From: the human T2T-CHM13v2.0 reference genome, Homo sapiens
Assembly: GCF_009914755.1 (NCBI RefSeq)
Contig: NC_060926.1
DNA: 64,000 nt
Reading direction: 5' to 3' (one strand)
In this document: piece by piece, positions 27,948 through 40,430 of the stretch
Position numbering within the stretch: position 1 is the stretch's first letter
Layout of the letters: the number at the start of each line of letters is the position of its first letter
The notes under the pieces: model-generated
The model's input: only the letters and a program-made list of their open reading frames with translations
The model's database searches: none
Told to the model about the DNA's origin: nothing
Position numbers and translations under genes: made by a program

Positions 27948-28665
27948 TGTCACCGGTAGAGGGTCGTGTCTACAAGTTGTCCAGGTTCTTGTTGTTTTGA
28001 ACAAAGGATTGGACAAAATGCCCAGCAAAGCAAAGAAAGAATGCAGCAACAAAAGAATGAAAGCAGGGATACTTTGAAAATGAAAGTACACTCCATAGTG
28101 TACCGGGAGCTGGCCAAGCAGCAGCTCAAGGGCCCAGATACAGAATCTTCTTGGGTCCAAATACCTCCTGGAAGTTCCCCATTGGCCACTTTATGCTCAC
28201 CTCATGTAAATGAAGGGGTAGCTCGCAATCAGTTTGATTGGTTGCAGAAAACAGCTAACCAGTGGCTGAAGTGGAATTACAAAGGTCACAATACTGTGCA
28301 AACATCTGATTGGTTGCAAAAAGCAACAAATCAGAGGCCGGAGTGAAGCTACGAAGTTATACCTCTATGCAAATGAAGACTCGGCCTATAATCAGTCTGA
28401 TTGGTTGTGAACAACAACCATTCAGAGGCTGGAGTGAAGTTACAAAGTTGCAAACGAAGACTCAACTAGCAATCAGTCTGATTTGTTGCAGGACACTGAA
28501 TTTCCCATCTGCCAGCACAGAAAAGGTGGTGGGTTTGCAGAGTAGCCTCTGGTCCTTTTGCTACCTAGGAATGAAAAGTTGGGGTTTTCCTTTCAATTTA
28601 GTTCTGGGAAGTCGGAGTGAAACAGCCTTAGTTTCCCTGCCTTCAGACCCTATTCTCCTGCCTCA
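27948..28665 (-). mobile_element. MER51-like ERV1 solo LTR
   Basis: Right end 'cagaccctattctcctgcctca' is the reverse complement of the MER51 start TGAGGCAGGAGAATAGGG; repeated tgattggtt (CCAAT) units; TSD cagc/cagt. Confidence 0.88.
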
Positions 28666-29469
28666 CAGTAGTAGAGACTGTGCAGGAACTGAGAAACCAG
28701 GCGTTCAGTGAATAGTTTCTGGTGGCCTTCGCATTATTCTTTTTAAAATGAAATAGTAATAGACACGATTTTTAACAACAAAGATTAATGACTTTGTAAA
28801 GTAAGTCTATAGCAATTATAGCATTGTGTTTAAACTTAAGTACTTAATCGTTCCTTTTCATTTTGAGAATTAGTAGTTAAAATAAAGTGCTTTAAAATAA
28901 ATTTTTTCATATTTTTCAGCTATTTATATAAAATATAATCAAAGAAGATTTTTTATTTATCATGTATTTTCTTTTGTCTGACAGAATATTGAGTCAGATT
29001 CCATTTCTCAATCGCATGTATAGTTGTATCTATCTCTGGACTCTATGTGGTTCTTAACCTCTTTTCTCGCCAGCACATACAGAGTATGTCATTGACTTTG
29101 GATCTGCAAAGTAGGCATAAAAAACAGATTCTCTGGGCTGAGGGAAGTGGATGTATGTTTCTTGGTTTGGAAACTCTTTACCCACCCCCAGCAATGCAGG
29201 CTTTCTAGAATGAGAATCACCGAATCTAAATAATTAAATCATTAATTATATTCTTGATCCTGGCTTACACAGTTCAAAATTGCTGTCTTATAAATGTTTG
29301 AAAAGGTGTTCTGGTATTTGTGTCCTGGTATGTTTATATCAAATAATGTATTACATTGTAGTGTTTCCTAAAGGATTGTAACAATATCAATCAGTTATTT
29401 CAACTTTATTCTAATTTTAAACGTACTAGGTGATTGCAGCTATTCCTTTCATCCTGTGATTTCTCCACT

Positions 29470-30480
29470 CACTTTTTTTCAACTTAAGAGTAAACATTTC
29501 AGAAACTCAGAAAGCTGAGAGACTAGCACAACAAATAACTTTTTTTAGACTCTACAACTCATATTATTTTTCCGTCTTTGCTTTGTCTCTCCCAGGAAAA
29601 TTTAGTTTTTCAGAACTGTTTGAAAGTAAGTTGCATGTATTATGGCAATTCACCCTTAAATACCTCAATATGCATCTCCAAATAAACACAATACCTGTAG
29701 CACACCAAAGAAGATTAAATGTTCTGTAATACCATTGAAATCAGTCTATGGTCAAAATGCCTCAATTTTTTTCCATAATATATGATATAACTTTCTAACT
29801 TTTTTTGGAACCAGGATTGAATTAGGTTTCCAACACTAAATTTGATTTTGCATCTCTTGAATATTGTTTATGCTAAAGTGTCTCTCCACCTTTTTATTTA
29901 AACTAACTTTAGAAGTGTCCTGGTCAGTTACTTTGTAGATTGGTGCTGCTAAAATGTTAGTGTGCTCATGAATTAACTAAGAGTCAGCTGAAAAGCAGAT
30001 TCCTATTGAGTAAGTCTAGCTTGGGGTATGAAAGTGTACAATTCTAAAAAGCTTCCAGGTGATATTATAGGTCTGAGGACCAAGCTTAAGGTTGTAGAAG
30101 GTCCTACATTCCTAATTTATTTCTCCATTTCTATTTCCTCCTAATAGGTGTTGTTTTTATTATTTTTTACTAGGATCTCTACTTTTAGTTTAATGTAAAC
30201 TGGAAAAAAAGATTATGCTTGATTGGATTCATGTTAAATATTTTTGGCCATAATACATAATAAAAGGTATTATGTTCTTCATATTGCATCATTTGAGGAG
30301 TTACTTGTTATGATATTCCCAAGTCAGTGATGCTAGTTTTATCACTTAATGAAGGTGATGATTGACAGATCTCTCCATTGTTAAGTCATGTTCTTTCCCT
30401 TTTGCAATTGGCCTGTTATCTGTGGGGTGCTATTTTAGCTTATGCAGATATCTTGATTTGCAACAGTCTTCCCTCTGTGT
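29470..30480 (-). mobile_element. L1MC-type 3' region (left part), with a MER5-like insert at ~29941-30090
   Basis: 'cacccttaaatacctcaatatgcatctcc', 'tgatgctagttttatcacttaatgaaggtgatg...ctctccattgttaag' are antisense L1MC phrases; the element resumes after 33795. Confidence 0.6.
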
Positions 30481-32626
30481 TTGTTTTAACGTGATTACTT
30501 TTATTTTCATGATGGTTTAAATTTGTACTAAAACACTATATTTAAATACCACCACCAATAATAATAAATCCACTACATTGTAAACCTATATATAATTTAT
30601 TGAGTAGTAGGCTTAAAAGGAAACAATTCATTCAAGACTTTGGATCTGCATTTAGTTTAAAAACATTGTAAACACTCAAACCTTATCATGCCAAAGTAAA
30701 ACTTAAAGAGCTATTAAAAACAAATACATTGTTATTTTGGTTATAATTCCTCCTAGAAGAAGTCTACCAGATGCATGCACAACTACCAGGGGAGTGAACA
30801 TAGCAGCCTTCAGAAAGTGTCATGAAAGCATAGACCCTCATTTTTCCATCCTCAGCCTCCAGCAGGACAATACGGGGCCTCTTGATGACCACGAGCTTCC
30901 CTTGGTTCCTTGTGCTGGCACTTGCTTGGTTTTGTAGTTTAAAACCACCATTAAGAAAAGACTGTTTGACTGTTTAAACAGTGAACTGCCATGAACTGTC
31001 CTTCAACTCACTTCAGTTGGATGTGAAACAGTAAGATGACCAGGCAGGCCTGCGGCTTCTCCCCAAGTTCAAAGCCCTGTGAGAGAGGTGCAGGAGCCAT
31101 GCCTGCATGGAGATTGGAAACATGCAGCTGGGGGCAGCAGCTGAGGGGCTGTCTTAGAAGGCCAAATGCTGGACCCTGTAAACTGGACACTGGAACCCAG
31201 GTTTGGAACATTGGCAGTTGTGCAGCTGGACTCCATCCATGGCCATTCTGATAGGCTGCAAACTCCAGCACCATCCTGCTGTACTTTGGTGCAGGAACGC
31301 TTCTCCCTTCCTATACAGAGTCTGGGAAAGAGTGGCCAAGGTTGCTGTACCTGTTTTTCAACCAACAGCTCATCCTTGCCAAGGCCAATGGGGCATTTCT
31401 GCCAGTCCACCCGAGACTTGTCAGAAGACCTGAACTAGATGGTGCTCCTGTTGCTTGAATACATTCTAGATGAGCAACTCCACCGAAGACCTCAAAGATC
31501 TGGCATTACACTATGGGATTATTTCAATGGTGAAGATTTCTTGGCCTTTATCACCAAGGGTGGAGAGAGAGGCTAAGGAGAGAAGAGAACCAGACTTTTG
31601 GAGGTAAGTGTCAAAATCTCTTCAAACCCATTAAAGCCATTACTTTGTTAACTGTCTCCTTAGGTCATTATTACGTGGGACCTGCTTTTTTACAGACAAC
31701 TCAATCTCCATTTTACCATAGGAGGTGTTGAAAGTTAAAACATACTTTTCTGGAGAACCTCAAGATCCAGGCATAGTTTGGATGCCTGTAATCAGAAGGC
31801 AAAAAATAATCAGATGATTATTTTTTGCCTGCTATATGCTATGTGGTTGTGACTCATTTTGATTATATATGCTCACAAAATGCTTCTAAATTCTTTTGCC
31901 TTTATCCACTGAGTCTCTCTCCAAGGTTTCACTAGTCTGTTTGAGTGATTTATTCTTAATCTTACATGTTGTGAAAACCGATTGAGTCCCCATCCACGAC
32001 TCTCCTCTTTAGTCTAAATTTCTCAGTCATAACCTACTGATACTTGAGCTCCAAGATATCAGTTACCTGCTCTTGACCTAGATTTTAGGTGTGTTCTTTA
32101 AGTCAGCTCTTCCATTTCTTCAAGTTGGTTTTTGGTTTTCCCACTACGAAGTCTTCCTACCACCACATCCTATGTGTTCAATAAGTTTATACCATTATTT
32201 TCACCACAAGACACGTAACTTCCATACAGCCTTGTGATTGGGCTGCAGTTTTATAGGAGCCGGAGTCTTCAGGCTTCTCCTGATGAAGGCCCTAACTTGC
32301 TCTGATGGAGGCAGTCATTCTTGTGCAACATTGACAGGGGTCCTTTGCTCATGTGGACACTAGACTATTGCAGACATAGATTCTGCAACTCCATTAATTT
32401 GCCTCTGGGACCCTTGATGAATTGAATATTAAAAAGAGTACCGCTTGCTTCCCAGAAAACCCACTGAAATTCAGAAGTTGCCTTTCCTCCTAGAGTAACT
32501 GATACCACACTATCTGCTTTTGGTTGGTACATTCCCCTTGTAGATACATCATTTTCCTTTCTTTAACCTTTTGAGTACATCTTTCATTCAGTTTTGTGGA
32601 TGCTTTCTTTAGTAGGCATTCCAAAC

Positions 32627-32647
32627 GTGTGTGTGTGTGTGTGTGTG
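32627..32647. repeat. (TG)n microsatellite inside the putative retrocopy
   Basis: Directly visible. Confidence 0.9.
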
Positions 32648-33290
32648 CCCGGTGCATCTGTTTTCTGCTAAAGTATTTTATCACTTCCATGGCAAGACTA
32701 ATCTGGGCAGTTTGCAGCATCTAAGAGTCTCTTCACTGGAGTTATTGACTGGCCACTAGGACGGGCCTTGTAATGGAGCAGAAGTTGTTAGTGTTAAATA
32801 GCCCTTGCTGACTGCCCTTAGCTGTTGAACTCTCTGCTCTCATTTTTGAAGAAGATTCATGGACTGGAGACACAGATCAATGTTGCTAGGGTAGATGAGG
32901 CTAGAAAAACAGGGATTCAACCTGGGAGAGCCTGATGCTGCACCTTCCACTCTGGTGTCCTTGAGGGGCCTCAATCTCTTCTTGGTACTGATGAGTACCA
33001 TTGGTACCATTTTCCAGGACAAAGGACCTGTTTGTAATACAGAAAATGAGCAGCAGTGCTGAGCCCAGGAGAGGGAACAGATAGGGGTGCTACTCCTGTG
33101 GTTTGACCCAGATCAGCTGTAACCACCAGATGAGTCTTATCTTGTCATGCCTGTTGATAACAGAACGTCCAGTTATTTTACAGGCACAGAGCTAAGAAGC
33201 TGTAAAATCATGTCCCAAATGGTTAAAGAAACAAGTGACTATGAGGAATTACTGAGTTTATGGGATGGCATATGAGAAAAAGAGACAGAT

Positions 33291-33710
33291 TGCTGAAACT
33301 TTCTCTACTTGTAAGATAACAAAACGAGTTGAAATTCATTGGAACCAATATGACCAAATGGAGAGCGCACAGAATGAACTTGCTGATGTCACACTCTGAA
33401 TATCCATCGCATATAGCGTACTAATTCCCCCCAGAGTTACACATGAAGAGGTATTAAGAGACAACTGCACATGCCAGGAGACTTCTCAGACCTCCCCTTT
33501 TTACCAGTCATCTGCTAATCCCAGAACTCACCCCCTAAACCTTTACTAATAAATGTACTGTTTTAAAGCCAACATGGAGAGACAGATTTGAGCTTCACCT
33601 CCTGTCTCTTTGCCAGTCAACTTCACAATAAAGCCTTTATTTTCCCCAAACCGGTGCCATAGTATTGGCTTCTATGCGAATCAGGTGGGAAGCCCTTTTG
33701 CTTGGTAACA
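33291..33710 (+). mobile_element. ERV1 solo LTR (MER72/MER4-group-like) nested in the retrocopy
   Basis: TG start 'tgctgaaactttc', AATAAA signals, end 'agtattggcttctatgcgaatcagg...cccttttgcttggtaaca'. Confidence 0.7.
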
Positions 33711-33795
33711 CAGTAACTTCTGTTGGCTGGCTCCCGAGCTCACTCTGAAATGGGCTGTCAGCTAATTGCCCAGGCCTCCCAGTTGTAGATATATG

Positions 33796-34310
33796 ATGCC
33801 TACACCTAACATCTTTGGCTTTATTGATGAATCACTATTGAATCAGTTATCAAATCTGGGCTCACAAAATAATGATTTCTTAATTGATAATTGACATTTA
33901 ACTAGAAAAAAGAGCTTTCTATTTCTCCTTTAAGTTGGTATTGCTATGTGTTATTTATTTATTTTTAATTATTTAACAGTTTTAACTTATTTGAAGTTTT
34001 TTTTCCCCTCATTGTCACAAGTTAGCCACATTAGCCATTTAGTCAGAAGGGACTCCTTCAAGCTGGCTTCTAGGTTCTTTTCATATAACCATAGGTTATT
34101 GTTCTTCATATTTTAGTACTTCCTCACTTTCTGCAACTACTACATCTAACATGCTTAACTTGTATTTTCCCTACTTCCGATCAGCCATATTCCCAAGGAT
34201 CTCTGATCCTTTTAATGGGGAGCAATATTTAGAAAACAAGACGTGGTGACTAGGTGAGCTCATTGCCAGTGGGGTTTCATTGCTTCTAGGTTGTTTTAGT
34301 GGATCATTTA
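33796..34310 (-). mobile_element. L1MC-type element (right part)
   Basis: 'ttgatgaatcactattgaatcagttatc...tgatttcttaatt', 'tcagccatattcccaaggatctctgatccttttaatgggg'. Confidence 0.6.
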
Positions 34311-34694
34311 TTTATTTTTATCAGATCTTATTTGTCTCATATGAGTCATATTATGTTTGGCTGGATTACAACTCCAAATAAAAATTTTGAAGAACATATA
34401 AATAGCACATTATTCAGGCTGTGATAATGTTATGAACCAGAGCATAATCGAAAGGTTTTGAAAATATTTTTCTGTCGCCTTCGCACATGGTTAAATGTCA
34501 TCGGATATAGAACCCAAGCACCACATCTTTTTCTCTAGTTCAGTGATGATGGATGTTGTACTTTCTTCTGTTTCTATATTTGATGAGGAGTCTGAAGTGA
34601 GCCCCTATTGTGGTTGATTGGTTGTTGGTTATTTTTAAAGAATAATGTCTACCCAGTTAATAGAATTCCTTGAAATCAGATGTATTCATGAGGA

Positions 34695-34983
34695 TTTTTT
34701 TTTTTTTTTTGAGGTTGGTTCTTGCTATTGCCGACTCTGGAGTGCAATGGCACATTCACAGTTCACTGCAACCTCAACTTCCAAGGCTAGAGTGATCCTC
34801 CCACTTCAGCTTCTGGAATAGCAGGGACCACAAACACATGCCACCATGCCTGGATAATTATCTTTTGTAGAGGCCAGGTCTCCCTAGATTGGTAAGGTGG
34901 TCTTGAACTCTTAGGCTAAAGCAGTCTTTTTGCCTCAGCTTCACAAAGTGCTGGGATTACAGGTGTGAACCACAGTGACAAGC
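34695..34983 (-). mobile_element. Diverged AluJ (Jo-like)
   Basis: T17 tail then antisense dimeric Alu ending 'aaagtgctgggattacaggtgtgaaccac'; degenerate flanks tcatgaggattttt / tcataaagaattttt. Confidence 0.88.
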
Positions 34984-36299
34984 TCATAAAGAATTTTTGA
35001 ATTTAAATGGATTCATTTTCATATTTATGTGATTATACCTTTAGTACCCTCTCTAGTAACTTGGAGGAACATTTATAATTTCACTCTAGCACTCGAGCCA
35101 GAGAGCTACATTTATTTAAGGTTGGGGTAGGGAAGAAAATAGCATCAGAGGCAGCATTAGCTTGTAAAATTTTCTCTGTGATTTCCCTCTCAACTTATTA
35201 AGTATTAATACCTGTTATCATCTTTGAGAGGTAGCCCTTTTGTTTAATCCCACTGCATTCATAGAAGCCAGCTACATTTTTGGTAAATTAGATAAGACTC
35301 ACTCCCTGAAGCACAGTGACATGTTTATTTTTTACTTTGCCATGCATTTTCATCTCATCATTACTGCTATTTCATAGCTGCAAATTTGACTTCCTTAAAG
35401 TTCTTATCTTTCCTAGTTTAGAAAGTTGTGGTTCAGGCATAGAGCAAGGGAGAAGAGGGGACAACGTAGCCAAATATTTTCTGAAACTATTTCCCCTAAT
35501 ATCTTCTTTTCCGTTGTGATGAAGGAAGGGCCCAAAATGGTAAAGAGTTTTCAACCTGCTTCCTGCTAATTAGAAGATCATTTTACTAGCTTCCTTCAGA
35601 CTTCTCTCCGGATTAACCCACAATACTATATGGTGTTTATTTGGGGCTGGATGAGTGTTTGCTACTGGTTAATCCTTTCAGTTTTTTTTTTTTCTAGATT
35701 GTATATTTTTCTGGCCAACATATTTTGAACTTTGTGTTCTTATTAGTTTGAGGCTTTCTCCACTTTGGGTATAGGACATTTTATTTTGTGGGGATTTATT
35801 TCAGAGGTTACCATGGAAAAGGAACAGGTTTTAAATGTTTATTTTGTTGCCTCTATCTTCAAAGCCGGAGAAACTTAAAGCTTAATGATTTTATCACTCT
35901 AGAAATCAGAATCACTTCAGTATAATTTCAGATGCATTCCGATTTGCGCTTCAATACCATAAAGTTCAAAATCCAAGAGCAGTTGGGATGCAAAAGAAAA
36001 TTGTGCCTTCCTCTACTTTTTCCCAGTTTAGAAATCACAACACACAGTACCACTTTAAAGAGCCTTGTTACAGGTAGCAAAATCTATCATATGCTAAAGA
36101 TTTTAAAATTTCCTTTTCAAAACACATGACTATGAACATCAAAGGTAAGCAAATCAAATCACTGTTTCAATGCTCCACATTAGTCAGACCTAAGAAAAGA
36201 AATATGCTTTTTTCACATTGTGAAACAATTTCTCAATCCAGAAGTTGGAGTCAGGTATTTCTCCTATTGATACATACCAGTCCAGGCTGAATGTTACAT

Positions 36300-36392
36300 T
36301 GCAGTCAAGTTCTAATCTAGAACTTTATGTAACTGAAACAAGGTATCTCCTTGTGTCTGGCTTTTTTTATTCTGCATAGTGATTTCAGATCC

Positions 36393-36430
<38 letters not shown>

Positions 36431-36800
36431 TGTGTCTCTGTGTGTGTGTGTGTGTGTAAGCAGGCCTCTCCTTTTTATCCATGAGTAGAATTCCAGTGGA
36501 TCAATATGTCACAGTGTATCCAATCTCCTAATGGTGGACATCTGGAGTGCTCCAGCTTTTTGCCATTATGCATAAAGCAGCTCTGAACAGTTTTGTATAT
36601 CTTTTCATATGTCCTCATTTCCACTGGATAAACTCTTAGAAATGACATTGCTCAGTCACCAGATAGGTAGGGTATGTTTGTTTTAATAAGATACTGCCAG
36701 TTTTTTAAGGGCTTGTGCCATTTTACATTTAGCAAAGTATATATGTGAACTTTGTTCCATATCTTTCTAATATCTGGTATTGTCAGGTTGTTTTATTTGT
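36300..36800 (-). mobile_element. L1M 3' fragment containing a (TG)n microsatellite (36395-36457)
   Basis: 'tgtgtctggctttttttattctgcatagtg', 'gtggacatctggagtgctccagctttttgccattatgcataaagcagctctgaac'. Confidence 0.7.
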
Positions 36801-37371
36801 CTTTTCCAAAACTGATAGTTGAATATGACATCACAAAACAAGCCTAATGTAATCTGTAATTACAAGAGTTTAGTTATTTATGCAGTAAAATGTTATTTAT
36901 ACTTTTTAAAGGATAATTTCCAACAAGTAGGTAAAATATCACGACCAATATATAAACATAGAATTTTATTTGATTACTGAGAGAATCAATAAGAAGTTAC
37001 AACCAATTCACAGGAAAATTTTAAAAATCATGGACCTATATGGGCCAAAAATTTATACATAAATGCAAAACTGGATTTTTTTCATGAGGGTAGGGTAGCA
37101 GGAATCCATTGTTTTCCCACTGAACAAAAGTTATTTCTGTGACTATAAATGAAAATTACTTGGATTGCTGTTATCTATAACTTACAGAGTAGTAAATAAA
37201 TAGCTTGAAAACAATTATATAGAGGCATAAAATCAGATAACCTTTAAGCATGTATTCCAACCAATGCATGTTTTTCTTGTGGTTGTTGAAGCCATTCAGT
37301 AATTTTTTGTTTCATTACAAAAACTTCCACAATTTTTTCTACATCCTATACTTAGTATTAAAATGATCTGT

Positions 37372-37622
37372 TTGATTTATTATAACTCCTCTTCTTCTCT
37401 ACACAGGTGGTATGCATTTAAAAGACTTATCGTATCATGTTATTTGGAGGCTAAATCTATATGGATAACTCAGAGAATAGTGATATAGTCTCTCCAATAA
37501 GTATGTTATCTTTAAAGAAAAAAAAAACATTCTTCCAACATGAAGCTGATCTAGCCAGTAATAGCTGTCTACTTGAGGTTCCATAACTGCTCCTGGATGA
37601 GGATGACAGAGAACTGGCCACG
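37372..37622 (+). repeat. Inverted repeat, left arm (~250 bp)
   Basis: Base-by-base reverse complement of 38359-38610. Confidence 0.97.
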
Positions 37623-37772
37623 TCAAGAGATAAAAATACCTAATTGCCAGTTCCATATGTGTGTGTCTGTGCATGTGAGAGAGAGAGAGAGCAAGAGAGA
37701 GACAGAGAGAGCGTGCGTGCGAGAGAGCACATTATTAGGAAGCATCCCTACTATTCTTTTTGAAATGAGGTC

Positions 37773-38131
37773 TGATATGGTTTGGTTCTGTGTCCCCACC
37801 CAAATCTCATGTCGAATTATTATCCCCATGTGTGTAGTGGCCTGGTGGGAGGTGATTGAGTCTTGGGGGCAGGCTTCCCCCTTGCTATTATTGTGATAGA
37901 GTTCTCATGAGATCTGGTTGTTTGATAAGTGTCTGGCACTTCCTCCTTCTCTCTCATTGTCTCCTACTGCCATGTAAGGATTGTCTTGCTTCCTCTTTGC
38001 CTTCTGCCATGATTGTAATTTTCCTGAGGCCTTCCCAGTCATGAAGAGCTGTACATCAATTAAACCTCTTTTGTTTATAAATTACCCAGTCTCCGTAGTT
38101 CTTTATAGCAGTGTGAAAATGGACAAATACA
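37773..38131 (+). mobile_element. THE1D/MSTA (MaLR) solo LTR
   Basis: 'tgatatggtttggttctgtgtccccacccaaatctcatg...caattaaacctctt...gcagtgtgaaaatggacaaataca'; 5-bp TSD aggtc/atgtc. Confidence 0.9.
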
Positions 38132-38358
38132 ATGTCATACTAATTCCTGTAGAAGTTAGGCACCATATCAGGTAGTACATATACATTTTTTTCTGACATT
38201 TTGTTAATATTAGGAAAATACTTACAAAGAAAATTGTATATCATACACACAGAGAAAGACACACATATTCTCTTAACAGAATCAGAACTATTGTTAGGGA
38301 ATTTTAGCAAAATCCAATAACTATAATTTGACTATTTAAAAAAGTGATTAATTACCTG

Positions 38359-38610
38359 CATGGCCAGTTCTCTGTCATCCTCATCCAGGAACAGTTACGG
38401 AACTTCAAGTAGACAGCTATTACTGGCTAGATCAGCTTCATGTTGGAAGAATGTTTTTTTTTTTCTTTAAAGATAACATACTTATTGGAGAGACTATATC
38501 ACTATTCTCTGAGTTATCCATATAGATTTAGCCTCCAAATAACATGATACGATAAGTCTTTTAAATGCATACCACCTGTGTAGAGAAGAAGAGGAGTTAT
38601 AATAAATCAA
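38359..38610 (-). repeat. Inverted repeat, right arm (~250 bp)
   Basis: Reverse complement of 37372-37622; differences only in one A-run length (10 vs 11) and 4 substitutions in the inner ~46 bp. Confidence 0.97.
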
Positions 38611-39119
38611 CTAATGAACACTTCAGGCTACCAAATGAGGGTTAGTTTGGAGAGGAAAGACACATGCTATTAAGTTAGATAATTATTTTTTGTTTTACCC
38701 CTAATTAATTCATCAATTTAATCATTTACTGCTGGTTTTAATATTGGATTGATAACCTATAATTTATTCAATCATTCAGTATAATTGTATTGTGATTTTC
38801 CTGAAAGCTAGCTGTAGTTTTAGGTATTGGGGGTATGAAAATGTAGTGTTCTTAAAAACAGCCTGTCAGAGGAGATGGACAAGTTTAAAATTTTTGCTAA
38901 AATGTAATATGGGTTAAAATAAAAATTATTTTCTTAAATAGTGATGTCAATTTTAAATGAAGTATAAATTATGTGCTAAATTCTCTTTGAAAAACAGGTG
39001 GTTTAACTTTGAAAGAAAACACTAAGTTTAAATTTAAGTAAATTAATCCATTTAAGCAATACCTTTTTTGGCATGCTAGAATAGACTGAAGTTATGATTC
39101 AACTTTTTAAAAAATGAAA

Positions 39120-40265
39120 TTTTAAATAAAATACTGTGTCACAATGTGGATACAGATGTATTTGTAAAAAAATAATACAAGAGATTCTGTGCCTTGCCTA
39201 GTTTCTCTCAGTGATATCATCTTGAAACCTGTAGTACAATAGGGCAATCAGGATATTGACACTGATATAGTCAAGGTACTGAAAAGTCTATCATCACAAG
39301 GATACTTACTGTTGCTCTTTTACAGGCATACCCACCTCCCAAATCCCTATCTCTGACCCCTGGCAACCACTAATCTGTTCTCTATGTCTATAATTGTACC
39401 ATTTCAAGAATGTTTTATAAATGGAATCATACAGTATTTGAGCATTTGGAAGTGGCTTTTTTTCACTCCACACTATTATCTGGAAATTGATCCAGTTTGT
39501 TGTTATTAATAGTACATTTGTTATTATTGCTGGGTAGTATTCCATGGTATTGTGTAAGCTTTCACCTGTTGAAGGGCATCTGTGTTGTTTCCAATTTGGG
39601 GTCATTATGAATAATGCTATGAATATTCATGTGCAGAATTTTTGTGTGTGGAAATACATTTTTATTTCTCTATAACAGTGCACAAGAGTACATTTTGCTG
39701 GATCGTATGGGGGTTGCATGCTTTGTTTTATAAGAAACTTTCAGGTTGTTTCTAGAGTTCCCTTATTATTTTACATTCCTCTCACCAATGTTTGAGTATT
39801 CCAATTTCTCCACATCCCAACAACATTTGGTGGTGGTATTATATTTTATTTTAGCTATTTTGATAGGAGTGTAGTGATAGTTCCTTGTGATTTTTATTTC
39901 CATTGCCCTAATAGTTAATGATATTGAATATCTTTTCATGCACTGATTTGTCATCTATGTATCTTCTTTGAAAAAAACAAGTCTGTTCATGTTTTTTGCC
40001 TATTTTCTAATTTGATTTTTTTTTACTGTTGTTTTGAGAGTTCTTTATATATTCTTGATATGAGTCCTTTCTCAGATAATATGGTCTGCAAATATTTTCT
40101 CTCAGTCTGTAGATTTCCATTTCATCCTTTAGAATGAAGTTTCTCAGAATAATTTTAAAAAATTTTAATGAGGACCAACTTACTAATTTTTATGTATATG
40201 GACTGTAATTTTGGAGTCAAGTCTAAGAAATCTTTGCCTAGCACTAGATCCAGAAGATTTTCTCT
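39120..40265 (-). mobile_element. L1MC/L1MB 3' portion
   Basis: 'cctggcaaccactaatctgttctctatgtc...aatggaatcatacagtat', 'tttccaatttggggtcattatgaataatgctatgaatattcatgtgca'; minus ORFs 39306-39605 and 39766-39954 resemble the L1 ORF2 C-terminus. Confidence 0.85.
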
Positions 40266-40430
40266 ATGCATAAATGATTCAGGAAAAGCTATTACTCTGG
40301 GATCTGTGTCATGTCTGTCTAATTTTGTAAGGTGCCTAGCAAAGTTAAGAATAGTTAGTATTTAAGGTAAATTATGGGGCACCAAAAGCCTACTCTACCC
40401 TATGTTTTTCTGGCATTGTTATTTTACCTT

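Larger units (their letters stand above)
30481..33795 (-). pseudogene. Probable degraded processed pseudogene (retrocopy), parent not identified
   Basis: On the minus strand: coding-like GC-balanced sequence with broken frames, then a ~500-nt AT-rich UTR-like segment ending AATAAA (~30500-30506) and a decayed A tail (aaaacaaa); no recognisable repeat consensus; L1MC sequence continues on both sides. Confidence 0.55.

Noticed and set aside
27933-28711. ORFs of 126 and 133 aa
   Set aside because: Lie entirely within the MER51-like LTR; no recognisable protein.
31008-31438. Overlapping ORFs on both strands as an intact gene
   Set aside because: Short, stop-interrupted frames inside the putative retrocopy; no complete CDS or splice structure.
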